Source: an uncultured Candidatus Saccharibacteria bacterium (lineage in GTDB: Bacteria > Patescibacteriota > Saccharimonadia > Saccharimonadales > Saccharimonadaceae). Taken from it: DNA of 64,000 bases. Below the pieces are notes generated by a model, which saw only the letters and a list, made by a program, of their open reading frames with translations, did no database searches and was not told where the DNA came from. A program made the translations under genes and the position numbers. Of the stretch, positions 42,383 to 52,157 are shown in pieces; positions within the stretch are counted from its first letter, which is position 1, and each line of letters begins with the position of its first letter. The stretch covers positions 795-64,794 of the forward strand of contig CAZQVE010000005.1 in the NCBI GenBank assembly GCA_964596695.1. Reading direction: 5' to 3'.

Positions 42383-44617
42383 ATGAAAGAGGTGTTTGAC
42401 GGTCTGGTGACTCCAGACAAACCATTAGAGGATATTGAGCTTGATAAATATGAGAAAGAAATATATTCTCATTTATCAGTAGTTCAAGATAAGGATTCAA
42501 ACTATATCTACGTAAATCAGATTAATACATTAATTTCTACTTTACAAGAAACTGGATTCCTTACATTTACTGTTAATTATAAAGATTTATCCGATTCAAT
42601 TAGAGATAGTATTGAAAAAGATTATTATGGTTTTATTGAAGCTACCAAGAAAGTAGTAAAGTTTTTTCTATGGATGTATGATGCTGATTATGTAGAAGAG
42701 ATTCAAAAAGAATATGATATAACTGAATTTAAAGATTTTGAAAGATGTGTTCCTTATTTATCTGTGCGAATTAAGAATTATAATTATGATTTAGACATTC
42801 AAGATACAAGCTATACAATCCCAATTAGAGCTTCTAAAAGTTCAAAGTTAAATAAACTAAATAGTTATAGAGGAATAGTAATATCAACAATTACTCCAAC
42901 AAGTGATATTGTAAAGACTGAAATGAAGTGTTCTAATTGTGGAGCACAACATGTTATTTCCTTTTATGAATTAGATGGAATTGGTAGTTCTGGAAAATGT
43001 CATATTTGTGACGAAGGTTACTATAAGATGGGAGAGACAGAAGTTAATGATGTTCAATATATTTTGCTCCAAGATTTAAATGATGCATCAAGTTTTGAGT
43101 CAAGTGCTCCAGTTACCTTAAAATGTATAGTCAATCAAGAATTAGTAAACAAAGTTGAGATAGGAGACTCAGTTATAGTAACAGGTTTAATGAGATTAGA
43201 TGTTGATAATAAAGATAGTAAAAATCTTTGGCGAGATAAAACAAAAACTAATATTGATTATTATCGAAACATGCAAGCATTTTCTCCTAAAGTTGGAGGT
43301 TTACCATTTCCAAGGATTTTAGAAGTTAATTATGTTGAAGTCAATAACAGTGAAGATTATAGTAACTATGTGTCTTCTATGGATGAAATCAACAAACTGA
43401 TTAAACGTCCTGATCTATATGAATTACTTGTTAAATCATTTTGTCCCCAAATTAAAGGTCTAGAAAACATAAAGGAAGGAGCGTTACTAACTATGATAGG
43501 TGGAGTTGGACAATGGAATACTAAAGGTAAGATTAAGAAACGTGGTAATTTGCGTATGATGATTATAGCTGATCCTTCTGTTGCCAAATCTGTAATCATG
43601 AAGTATTGTGCATCATTGCTTAAAAGGGGTATATATGTATCTGCTACAAGTTCAAGTAAGGTAGGTTTAACTGGTGCTGCGATTAAAGATGAATTAACAG
43701 GACAATTCCAAATCGCAGCAGGAGCAATTTTACGAGCAAATGGTTCAATCCTTACTATAGATGAGATTAGTAAACTAACTCCAGAAGCGCAAGATGCATT
43801 GTATGAAGTTGGAGAACAAGAAACTTTTACTATGGCTAAGGCAAATATTCTTAGGACATTTAATGTTGATGTGGTTCTTATTGTTGGTGGCAATCCAAGA
43901 GAAGGTAGATATAATCCTGATCTTTCTGTTTATGAGAATTTATCAGATAATCAAATTCCATTTCTCACAAGATTTGATCTTAAATATATTATGCGAGATG
44001 TTGCCAATAGTGAAAAAGATAGAGAAATAGCACAATGGATTATGGATCAATATAATGATGATTTTGAAAAGCATATGCAAGGTTTAATTCCATTTGATTT
44101 ACTTTCAAAGTATATTTCTTATGTTAAGCATTTTGGAACGCATCCAAAAATGGATAAATCAGCAATGGAAATATTCAAAGAATTCTATGATAATGTTAGA
44201 CAGAAAAGTAATGGTAATATGCAAATGGTAGCCAGAGAATTTGAAGGTGTTATTAGGATTGCTCAGGCACGAGCAAGAGCTGTATGGAGTGAAATTATTG
44301 ATGCGGAGACAGCATTATATTCAATTAAACTTCATGAGAGTATGCTTGTAGATATTGTTCCTGATGATATAGACGGTAAGAAACCTGATTTGAATAATTT
44401 GTATGGTAACAGTATGCAAAAAAGAGAAAAGAAAGATATTGTAATGGAGGAATTGGGTAAATTGGTAGAGCAACAAAAATCTAGAAAAATAGATAGAAAA
44501 GTATTGGTATTAGTTCTACAAGATTACATGCCTGAAAATAAGATTAATTCTGCGTTACAAAGTTTGGAACATGAAGGTAAAATAATAGCGGATCAATTTA
44601 CTGTAACCTTAAATTAG
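42383..44617 (+). CDS. mcm: MCM-family replicative helicase
   Basis: Has an N-terminal zinc finger (CSNCGAQH...CHICDEG), the Walker A MMIIADPSVAKS, the Walker B SILTIDEISKL, GEQETFTMAKANI, and the arginine-finger region FLTRFDLKYIM. Confidence 0.85.
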   Translation: MKEVFDGLVTPDKPLEDIELDKYEKEIYSHLSVVQDKDSNYIYVNQINTLISTLQETGFLTFTVNYKDLSDSIRDSIEKDYYGFIEATKKVVKFFLWMYDADYVEEIQKEYDITEFKDFERCVPYLSVRIKNYNYDLDIQDTSYTIPIRASKSSKLNKLNSYRGIVISTITPTSDIVKTEMKCSNCGAQHVISFYELDGIGSSGKCHICDEGYYKMGETEVNDVQYILLQDLNDASSFESSAPVTLKCIVNQELVNKVEIGDSVIVTGLMRLDVDNKDSKNLWRDKTKTNIDYYRNMQAFSPKVGGLPFPRILEVNYVEVNNSEDYSNYVSSMDEINKLIKRPDLYELLVKSFCPQIKGLENIKEGALLTMIGGVGQWNTKGKIKKRGNLRMMIIADPSVAKSVIMKYCASLLKRGIYVSATSSSKVGLTGAAIKDELTGQFQIAAGAILRANGSILTIDEISKLTPEAQDALYEVGEQETFTMAKANILRTFNVDVVLIVGGNPREGRYNPDLSVYENLSDNQIPFLTRFDLKYIMRDVANSEKDREIAQWIMDQYNDDFEKHMQGLIPFDLLSKYISYVKHFGTHPKMDKSAMEIFKEFYDNVRQKSNGNMQMVAREFEGVIRIAQARARAVWSEIIDAETALYSIKLHESMLVDIVPDDIDGKKPDLNNLYGNSMQKREKKDIVMEELGKLVEQQKSRKIDRKVLVLVLQDYMPENKINSALQSLEHEGKIIADQFTVTLN

Positions 44618-44639
44618 TACAAACCCGTTATTACCCTAT

Positions 44640-46445
44640 ATGGGTACAGTTTTTGATCCTGAATATAAACAACGATTACAATTATATGTAGATGTTCTTT
44701 CTCCTGATTGGAATGAAAATATTTTTTCTTTTAGTCAAGCTCAATCTTCTGTTGCTCCTATGCAGATTATTGCTGCAAGAATTGAAAATAGTATAGATTC
44801 TTATGGTAAGTTTACTTTACTTGTTAGAGATACTGATGCTTTAATTCGAAACAAAGTATTTGACCATAAGTATATAATGAAATTTAAAGGCAAAAAACCA
44901 TTTCAATCTACTTATAATAATTTACAAACAAGTATTGTTAGAAGGATTACTAGATTATATGAACCTGGATCACAGGAACGATTATATCAAGTTGAAGGTG
45001 TAGGTGTTGGGTCAATTCTAACACATACTATAATTAATTACAGTCTACAATCAGCTTTTAAGAACGTTACAGATGGAGAAAACAATTTACAAACAACCGA
45101 TCCTGAAATGTTGGCTCCAAAACATATCAGAAGGATTATGACAGATAGAAAAGTATTACCTGCTCTTAACCAAGGTTTGACTATTCAAGAGAGAGGTAAG
45201 TTTAACCTAGATAAAATAAATGACAATATCAATGTTTATATTAATTCTATAGATACATTTGCTACCACACCTTCTAGTTTATGTAAAGATATTGCTAATT
45301 CTGCTGCTTGTCTATTTAATATTGATGAGGATAATAGTGTATTTTTTGATAGACCTTTGGCTCGTACTTTGGGCCATTTTATTACCAACAATAGTGATGA
45401 TATGAATCTTAATGGTGACTTGACATTAATAACAGAAGGTGCAATAGAAGATGAAAGTTCAACATTTGCTGAGGACGGTTACTTTGATAAATTATATGCT
45501 TATTCTCAAGAGTCTAGTGTTACTCAATCTAATGTTAAAATGGGAGGTTATACACCTCTACATGAGAACAACGTTGGATTTAGAATAGAAAAAGCAGGTG
45601 CATCCAAGTTATATGATCTTGCATTCATGCTTCAAAAGTTTGGAGTTGGTACTGATAGTAATGATCCTTCTAATACATTCTTACATGGACTCATTGTTAA
45701 CGATGATAATTTTGAAATTGGTTCCGAAATTGTAGGAGAGTTTATTATTCCTGTTGATCAAATACCTGAAAGTGCTGGATGGGTAAAGAGAGTTAATATT
45801 CGTTTTAGAAAAGATGTAGAAGTTGATAAACCTTATTGGATTATTTTAATGAAGATTGGTAACAGTCCTGAAAACACTATTGGTTGGTGGCACGATGCTA
45901 AAACTGATTATAAAAACGTTTGGTCAGCATGGAGATATTCTAGAGGTGTAGCAGAAACACCACAAACTATTACTGGAGGATGGGATTATTCTAGTACGGG
46001 GCCAAAATATACATATTCATTTAGTCAAAGAACACCATTACTTCAAACTAGTTTTGCTGTAAACTTTAATCCTACATATCAAACTCTTGCTCCAGTAGAA
46101 AAGTTTGAATCTGTTAGTTGGATAAAAGACCAACCTACAAGTATGCAATATCTTGCTTATGTTACTCAGCAAGCATCTAGAGTTAAAAGAAATATTAACT
46201 TGGGAAAATGTTCTATCCCTAATATATTACCAAGAATAGGATATGCTAATGTTTTGAGATTAAGGCAACAAACATTAGATGGTAATGTAGATGTAAATGA
46301 ATACCTGTTTAATATTAATAGTACCAAATATGATTTTGAAATTACAGGTGCTAGATATGTAGAAATTAGAGGCGACACATATGATCTCAATATAGAAAAC
46401 ATTATCTTAGAGGATGAGGAAGAATTAATATATGTATGCTCATAA
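44640..46445 (+). CDS. large hypothetical protein (possibly virion/baseplate-associated)
   Basis: 601-aa ORF. Its central segment (IGSEIVGEF...DKPYWIILMKIGNSP) weakly resembles the KK-GSPTG domain. Confidence 0.45.
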   Translation: MGTVFDPEYKQRLQLYVDVLSPDWNENIFSFSQAQSSVAPMQIIAARIENSIDSYGKFTLLVRDTDALIRNKVFDHKYIMKFKGKKPFQSTYNNLQTSIVRRITRLYEPGSQERLYQVEGVGVGSILTHTIINYSLQSAFKNVTDGENNLQTTDPEMLAPKHIRRIMTDRKVLPALNQGLTIQERGKFNLDKINDNINVYINSIDTFATTPSSLCKDIANSAACLFNIDEDNSVFFDRPLARTLGHFITNNSDDMNLNGDLTLITEGAIEDESSTFAEDGYFDKLYAYSQESSVTQSNVKMGGYTPLHENNVGFRIEKAGASKLYDLAFMLQKFGVGTDSNDPSNTFLHGLIVNDDNFEIGSEIVGEFIIPVDQIPESAGWVKRVNIRFRKDVEVDKPYWIILMKIGNSPENTIGWWHDAKTDYKNVWSAWRYSRGVAETPQTITGGWDYSSTGPKYTYSFSQRTPLLQTSFAVNFNPTYQTLAPVEKFESVSWIKDQPTSMQYLAYVTQQASRVKRNINLGKCSIPNILPRIGYANVLRLRQQTLDGNVDVNEYLFNINSTKYDFEITGARYVEIRGDTYDLNIENIILEDEEELIYVCS

Positions 46446-47106
46446 GTTTAATTTACCTTTAGATGATTATGGTTTAGATGGCGTCACCCGTTCTGCACTT
46501 TGGGATAAAAAAGATCAACGTTATCACCAAAGATATATTAAAAAAATTAACAGGACTCATAGTAAATCTCAACGACAAGAAATGATCAATGCTCTTATGG
46601 ATAATCTAACTGCATATTGGAATGATCATAGAACTCATAAAATCGAACCATATAAAGACCCACATAAACAATACGAACCATATAACATTTCTATTAATAA
46701 TAATAAGACTACAATCTATGCTTGTGTTAGACATGCTGAAATTATATGTGAAGAAAGTATTCAAAGATTCTACTGGATGGCTAGCGGAACTTCTGTATCT
46801 GCTAGTCCATTAATTACAGATACGAAACTCAATGCAGAAAACATGAGAGTTTCGTTAAAGGATTCAGGCTTTTTATTCTCTAATCAGAATGTTATAATGG
46901 AGCATGCAGTCTTTCCAACTGGAACACCTGATGCTACAATAAAAGAATTTGGAGCATTTGATAATCCTTCTGCTTTAGAATTAATTCAAACTTGCGAGTG
47001 GCACAATATTATAAAGCACTCAAATGAATACCACGAGCACAAACAAAATGAAACATATTATACTGCAACTCACTCAACAGAATTAAGACCATCTAATAAA
47101 GATTAG
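46432..47106 (+). CDS. hypothetical protein
   Basis: 224-aa ORF that overlaps the upstream gene by 14 nt. Confidence 0.5.
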   Translation: MYAHKFNLPLDDYGLDGVTRSALWDKKDQRYHQRYIKKINRTHSKSQRQEMINALMDNLTAYWNDHRTHKIEPYKDPHKQYEPYNISINNNKTTIYACVRHAEIICEESIQRFYWMASGTSVSASPLITDTKLNAENMRVSLKDSGFLFSNQNVIMEHAVFPTGTPDATIKEFGAFDNPSALELIQTCEWHNIIKHSNEYHEHKQNETYYTATHSTELRPSNKD

Positions 47107-47516
47107 ATTGGTATAAAACACAAACTCTTTTGCCAATGCATCATTTTCTTTAATCCAAATTCATGAGGTTTATGTAAAATTTGATTATCTAATTCTTTTG
47201 CAGCATCATAAAAGATGTGTAATCCTTCATTAAGATATTTGAATAATTCATCATATGGTATTGGATTTTCAGCAGCTTGTGCTTGAATAACTTCTATGTA
47301 TTGATCTTTGTGATGTTTTGCTATTCGTTTTGTAATATCTTTTGCTATAGCAATGTTTATAGGTTGCCCTCGTTCTATTAATAGTATTTTGTTCTGATGA
47401 TTGGGTTCATTTGTTACAATTTTTCTTTTTAAATCATCATACCATAAAACATTGATATTATAATTATCAGAAAATTCTCTTAGAGCAAAATCTAGAGTTT
47501 CGAATTCTTTAAACAT
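47103..47516 (-). CDS. hypothetical protein
   Basis: 137-aa ORF. Confidence 0.45.
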   Translation of the reverse strand: MFKEFETLDFALREFSDNYNINVLWYDDLKRKIVTNEPNHQNKILLIERGQPINIAIAKDITKRIAKHHKDQYIEVIQAQAAENPIPYDELFKYLNEGLHIFYDAAKELDNQILHKPHEFGLKKMMHWQKSLCFIPI

Positions 47517-47552
47517 AAATACTAAATAAAGGAATAGGAAATAAAAATGTTA

Positions 47553-48824
47553 CTAAAAGCCTGAGCAGGCAAGCCACTTAGCTTCTAGATCTTTTTGTCC
47601 GTCTTTACCTGGATCATCAATTCTTATTGTCTCTTGATGATCATTTGGAGGAACTAACCATAATGGTTTAGTAACATTCCAGTTGGAAACAAGCTTCCAT
47701 GCATTTGCTGGCTTCTCTCCTTCGTTATCTCCAGTATCTTGCCATACTTGGATGTTAACTGATTTACCGTCTTTTGCATTTTGACATACAAATTTATATC
47801 CTATGAATTTACCTGCTAGAGGTGCTCCTTTTCCACTTTCAGTATCTTTTGCTGTTCCCTTTTCATATTCAGGATGTTCCTCTTCTGTTCGGTAACGAGT
47901 TTTACCATCTTTGATACCTACACCAATATCGTACGTCTTTGGTGTCGAACCATCATGGTGTTCTCCTCCGCGACATTTACCACTAACTTCATCATCTACA
48001 GATTTACCATCTTTGAATCTAAAGTATCCTATAAGCTCTACATTAGTAAAGTTCTTGTTACTTCCACAATTAAAGTCAAACCTTTTACCATCATCTCTGA
48101 AATTTTTACTATGTTTATAATCTATCTCTATTGGTTTATTGATTAATTGTACTCCGTCTTTTGTGAAGAATTTACCGTCAGGCGTTGGTGGATTATCTGG
48201 CTCGTCAGGTTGTGGAGGTGTGTATACTTTGATTGCATCATCTATGAATTTTTGTGCTCCTTCTTGTGTATTAAACAAATCAGCAACATTAACTCCGTCT
48301 TTGTCTACGACTTTGAACTTTGTAATGTCGTCATTCATTTGTTTAACTTTCCAATTATTAGGATTCTTATCTGTTGATCCCCAATTCTTTACACGTCCTG
48401 GATCGTCTACTGGTGTAGGATCAGGTTCCTCTTCACATTCACATTTTGCTTTGCAACAATTGCAGTCCTCAGTTAAGAATTTTATATCTACAATTTCATT
48501 AGCGTCATTTAGTCCTGTTATCTTTACAGATACTACATTTGTGAATTTGTCAACATCAAATACTTCAAACCCGCCTGTACCTTTAGATGCTATTTGTTGC
48601 CAAAGTTCATATTCACCTAAAGTGTTTCTAGAGTAAATATCATATATTTGATCTTTACCCGCAAATTGGATCTCTATTTTATCAACATTAACTGTTTTTT
48701 CAAAAAAACATTCAACGAATTGTCCTTTGCCTTTAGCTTTCCATGAACTTTTTTTATCATTATCAAATGCTAACTTACCGTCACCACTTGATGTTACTAT
48801 TTTTATTGGAACTGTAAAAGTCAT
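47553..48824 (-). CDS. discoidin-like (F5/8 type C-like) N-terminal domain plus a jelly-roll domain paralogous to 40149-42353 domain B
   Basis: 423 aa.
- The N-terminus (SSWKAKGKGQFVECFFEKTVNVDKIEIQF...) looks like a carbohydrate-binding module.
- A Cys cluster (CNCCKAKCEC) and Pro-rich linkers follow.
- The C-terminal segment NFRDDGKRFDF...GGEHHDGSTPK...IQVWQDTGDNEGE...ETIRIDD...LEAKW aligns with 40149-42353. Confidence 0.55.
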   Translation of the reverse strand: MTFTVPIKIVTSSGDGKLAFDNDKKSSWKAKGKGQFVECFFEKTVNVDKIEIQFAGKDQIYDIYSRNTLGEYELWQQIASKGTGGFEVFDVDKFTNVVSVKITGLNDANEIVDIKFLTEDCNCCKAKCECEEEPDPTPVDDPGRVKNWGSTDKNPNNWKVKQMNDDITKFKVVDKDGVNVADLFNTQEGAQKFIDDAIKVYTPPQPDEPDNPPTPDGKFFTKDGVQLINKPIEIDYKHSKNFRDDGKRFDFNCGSNKNFTNVELIGYFRFKDGKSVDDEVSGKCRGGEHHDGSTPKTYDIGVGIKDGKTRYRTEEEHPEYEKGTAKDTESGKGAPLAGKFIGYKFVCQNAKDGKSVNIQVWQDTGDNEGEKPANAWKLVSNWNVTKPLWLVPPNDHQETIRIDDPGKDGQKDLEAKWLACSGF

Positions 48825-48856
48825 TAAGTATTAATATGATAATCTGATATTAAAAA

Positions 48857-49117
48857 GTGTTGAAAAAAGGGGAACATTATGCTTTACCATTACTCAGAAA
48901 GAGGATGATATACAAAAGATATGTGATAAAAGTATGGTATTTGAATCATTTAGATAAACCAACCTTGGATTATATTAGTAGATTAAAAATAAAAAATATG
49001 ACAATTAAAGCTACTGTTCATAGTATTCATCCCAATTATGTTGAGTTTATGCTTGAAAATAATAAGATAATAACACTCAAAACAGAACAAGCTCTTAAAT
49101 TAGAAAAGTTCTTATGA
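48857..49117 (+). CDS. hypothetical protein
   Basis: 86-aa ORF with a GTG start. The start is uncertain. Confidence 0.35.
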   Translation: MLKKGEHYALPLLRKRMIYKRYVIKVWYLNHLDKPTLDYISRLKIKNMTIKATVHSIHPNYVEFMLENNKIITLKTEQALKLEKFL

Positions 49118-49141
49118 GCGGTAGCTTCACATAAGATACTT

Positions 49142-50194
49142 ATGTCAAATGAAGAAATAGATATAACAAATTTTTCAAATATAGACGGAGTTGGCCCTGC
49201 CAATAAAAAGGAACTAAAAGCAGGAGGATTCATTACAATTATAGAGATTGCAGCATGTATTCCAGAAGAGTTAATGGAACGTTCTAAGTTAACTGAAACT
49301 AAATCTATTCAAGTTATTCAAGGAGCAAAAAAATATCTTAGGGATAATAATCTTTTAGATTTACCAAAAATGTCTGCGCTTGAAGATTTGGAGCGCAGAG
49401 AAAAGATACAACGGATTAAACTTAACTCTAATGCTTTAGACGGATTACTTAATGGAGGAATTGAATGCGGAGCTGTGACAGAATTCTTTGGTGAATTTGG
49501 TAGCGGTAAATCACAAATAAGTATGATGTCTGCGCTCAAATGCACGCAGTCCTTAGAGAATGGAGGGCTTGATGCGAACGCTATTTATATAGATACCGAG
49601 GGAACATTTAGACCTGAAAGAATTAAAGGCATATGTGATAATTTAGGATATGATTGGAAACAAACATTAACTAGAATACATGTTATTAAACCACGAGATA
49701 GTTTTGAAATTATTAATTATATTAGAGAAGAATTAGTTAAAGATATTGAAGAATTCAAGGCTAAACTTATAGTTATTGATTCTGTTATTTCTTTGTTACG
49801 TGCTGAGAAAATAGGAAGAGGTGCGCTAGCAGCAAGACAACAAATGTTAGGAGAATTACTCCATAAAATAGGAAGAGCAGCGGAGGTTTATAATGCTGCG
49901 GTTGTGTTAACTAATCAGGTTCAAAGTAAAGTGGATGGATATTTAATGCCAGGTGCAGATCCAAATAAACCTACTGGAGGTAATATTTTAGGTCACTTTA
50001 GCACTTATAGAGTATCGTTGCGAAAAGCAGGAAAGAATAGGGTTGCCACAATGATAGATTCTCCAGACAAAGATTGGGAACCTGTAAAATTTATAGTTAG
50101 CAAGAACGGCATTGAAGACTCTGTTGATGACTCCAAAAAGGCAAAAAAGTCTTCAGAAGATCAGGAATTACCTGAAGAGAATTTACCCGAATAA
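49142..50194 (+). CDS. radA: RadA-type recombinase
   Basis: Has an N-terminal helix-hairpin-helix region (IDGVGPANKKELKAGGF), the Walker A GEFGSGKSQ, IYIDTEGTFRPERI, the Walker B LIVIDSV, and an acidic tail. Confidence 0.85.
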   Translation: MSNEEIDITNFSNIDGVGPANKKELKAGGFITIIEIAACIPEELMERSKLTETKSIQVIQGAKKYLRDNNLLDLPKMSALEDLERREKIQRIKLNSNALDGLLNGGIECGAVTEFFGEFGSGKSQISMMSALKCTQSLENGGLDANAIYIDTEGTFRPERIKGICDNLGYDWKQTLTRIHVIKPRDSFEIINYIREELVKDIEEFKAKLIVIDSVISLLRAEKIGRGALAARQQMLGELLHKIGRAAEVYNAAVVLTNQVQSKVDGYLMPGADPNKPTGGNILGHFSTYRVSLRKAGKNRVATMIDSPDKDWEPVKFIVSKNGIEDSVDDSKKAKKSSEDQELPEENLPE

Positions 50195-50696
50195 ACGGGC
50201 CTTTATCTCCTAAATCTTTATTCCATTCTTGTGTTACCAGTATCCCCATTTTTGCTTTGAGAGGAATATTCTTTGGATTATCTTCTATTATCACATCAAA
50301 GTTTTCATTTGTTTTGTCTGCTATATCTGTTATTACTGTGAATGTATCATAATGGAATCCTTGATGATTTAACCATTCAATAGTATTTCCTATATCTTTT
50401 TTGCTCCGTTTTGTTATGATAGCAGTTCTTAATTCTTTGTTTCGTTGCAAATATGTGAACAAATTATCTGCATAAGGGTCAGTATATTTGCATCCTACTT
50501 GTGGATTCTTTGCAGTTTCCTCCCAACATTCAGAATACATCTTAAAAAATCCTGCTTTATCAGTTTCCAGATCAGGCCAACAATCCCATTTAGTAGGTCG
50601 TAATTTATTAAGATGTGGCCTGAATTTATCAACAATATGTCCAATTATATCATATACTACTCCGTCTATATCGACAGCTACTGTAATCATTAACAA
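50097..50696 (-). CDS. HAD-family 5'(3')-deoxyribonucleotidase (NT5C-like)
   Basis: Has motif I VAVDIDGVVYD (DxDxV), ...AIITKRS..., and a C-terminal DVIIEDNPKN. Its last ~30 codons overlap the RadA 3' end on the other strand. Confidence 0.6.
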   Translation of the reverse strand: MLMITVAVDIDGVVYDIIGHIVDKFRPHLNKLRPTKWDCWPDLETDKAGFFKMYSECWEETAKNPQVGCKYTDPYADNLFTYLQRNKELRTAIITKRSKKDIGNTIEWLNHQGFHYDTFTVITDIADKTNENFDVIIEDNPKNIPLKAKMGILVTQEWNKDLGDKGPFIRVNSLQVIPDLLKTFLPFWSHQQSLQCRSC

Positions 50697-50748
50697 TTGA
50701 ATTAGCTACTGTTAATTTAAACGTTTATATTTGAAAGAGCTACTAGGT

Positions 50749-51864
50749 ATGGGAATGGATAATGATACTTATGCAGGCATATTTATATGTCCTGAAATTC
50801 AACCAATAGAAGGAAAGGATAGAATAGGATTCGTAGAAATAGGAGGGAGCAAAGTTATTGTTCGTAAAGATAGTTTCAAAGATGGTGATAAAGGATTATT
50901 TATTTATGTAGATTCTGTTTTGCCAGTTGAAATGGTAGAACATTACCAATTAGATCGACTTAAAAATGGTAGAGTAAAAGCAATGAAAATGAGTGGTATA
51001 ACTTCTCAAGGATTATTCTTACCATTAAGCTATGATGCAATTCCAAAGGATGCTCCAGTTCATCAAAACATTGCAGAACAATTAAACATATTGCATTGGA
51101 AACCTGAAGTTAAGCTCTATAAAGGAACGACGCCACATATTAATTCTAGAAACTGGCCTAGCTGGTTAGATGTGATGAAAGTTTGGAACATAACTAGACC
51201 TGATAAAACAAATGTATTTGAAGAGGGAATAGATCAAGTAGTAGTTACTGAGAAGATTCACGGTATGAATGCTACCTATAGTTATGTTCAAACATACACT
51301 GATTACTTTACTCAGAAAGAAGTTGAAGCTGATTTTGCTGTTTGTTCCCGAAAAGTTAACTTTAAAGAAGATAGACCCGCAGCATTACAGAATGATGATA
51401 TGGCATTTCAAACTAATGCTTTCTACTCTATTGCTGATAAGTATAACCTGAGAGAAAAACTCAAACAATATTCAGAAGCGAACAACTGTGATATTGTTGT
51501 TCGCGGTGAATTATTTGGTAAAGGAGTTCAAGACTTGGAGTATGGAATGAATGAAATTGACTTTAGAGTCTTTGATATTCAAATATCAAGAGGTGTTTAT
51601 TTAGATTGGATTAATGTGGCTCATGTAGCTGAATATTTAGGATTGAAAACGGTTCCTGTTTTATATGAGGGAACATTTGAATATGATGTAATAAGAGAAA
51701 TCTCAGAAAGAAAGAGTTCATTATGTCCTACCCAAATAGGTGAAGGTGTTGTAATTCGTTCAATGACGGAACAAAAGATAGGTAATAGTGATGATAGAAA
51801 AATGCTAAAGATGATGAATCCTGCTTATACAACTAGAGATGATTCTAAGGAGGTAGCTGAATAA
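50749..51864 (+). CDS. RNA ligase (DRB0094/TIGR02306-like)
   Basis: Has an N-terminal OB-like segment (IQPIEGKDRIGFVEIGG), the nucleotidyltransferase motif I TEKIHGMNA, motif IV GEGVVIRS, and motif V KMLKMMNP. I prefer the ATG at 50749 over the TTG at 50731. Confidence 0.7.
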   Translation: MGMDNDTYAGIFICPEIQPIEGKDRIGFVEIGGSKVIVRKDSFKDGDKGLFIYVDSVLPVEMVEHYQLDRLKNGRVKAMKMSGITSQGLFLPLSYDAIPKDAPVHQNIAEQLNILHWKPEVKLYKGTTPHINSRNWPSWLDVMKVWNITRPDKTNVFEEGIDQVVVTEKIHGMNATYSYVQTYTDYFTQKEVEADFAVCSRKVNFKEDRPAALQNDDMAFQTNAFYSIADKYNLREKLKQYSEANNCDIVVRGELFGKGVQDLEYGMNEIDFRVFDIQISRGVYLDWINVAHVAEYLGLKTVPVLYEGTFEYDVIREISERKSSLCPTQIGEGVVIRSMTEQKIGNSDDRKMLKMMNPAYTTRDDSKEVAE

Positions 51865-51866
51865 TA

Positions 51867-52157
51867 ATGGGAAACTTTGTGAATGTTAATAATTCAACTA
51901 TTATTAATGGAATTAAATTAGAAGATAAATTAGAACAACTCTCTGAATTAGAACATGAACAATGGATGCAATGGGCTATGACTCTTCTAGATAGAATGAT
52001 ACAATATGAATTAGAAGATAAAACGTTAAAAGATTTAATTTTTGATACAAACAAAAGATGGAGTCCTAATATAAAACCATATTCAGAACTAACCGAAGAG
52101 GTAAAAGAATATGATAGAGTTTGGGCAAGAAAAGTATTAGAGGTAATAAAAGAATGA
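51867..52157 (+). CDS. RyR-domain-like protein
   Basis: LSELEHEQWMQWA ... KPYSELTEEVKEYDRVWARKVL resembles the RyR repeat pattern (lAe..He.W ... vPYeeLpe.eKe.DR). Confidence 0.4.
   Translation: MGNFVNVNNSTIINGIKLEDKLEQLSELEHEQWMQWAMTLLDRMIQYELEDKTLKDLIFDTNKRWSPNIKPYSELTEEVKEYDRVWARKVLEVIKE

Noticed and set aside
43366-43893. 175-aa minus-strand ORF inside the MCM gene (also 43794-44030 on the plus strand in another frame)
   Set aside because: It overlaps the conserved AAA+ core of MCM, it is antisense or out of frame, and it has no motif content.
33839-44617. Inteins or homing-endonuclease insertions in the RNR, MCM or terminase genes
   Set aside because: Their lengths are ordinary for the families. 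The conserved motifs are contiguous, and no Cys/Ser...His-Asn splice-junction blocks or LAGLIDADG/HNH motifs were seen.
48139-48636. 165-aa plus-strand ORF, and the neighbours 47874-48146, 47911-48120 and 48147-48377
   Set aside because: They are antisense to 47553-48824, whose product has a clear paralog. Their Ser/Gly/Cys-rich composition mirrors the Pro/Asp/Glu-rich sense strand.
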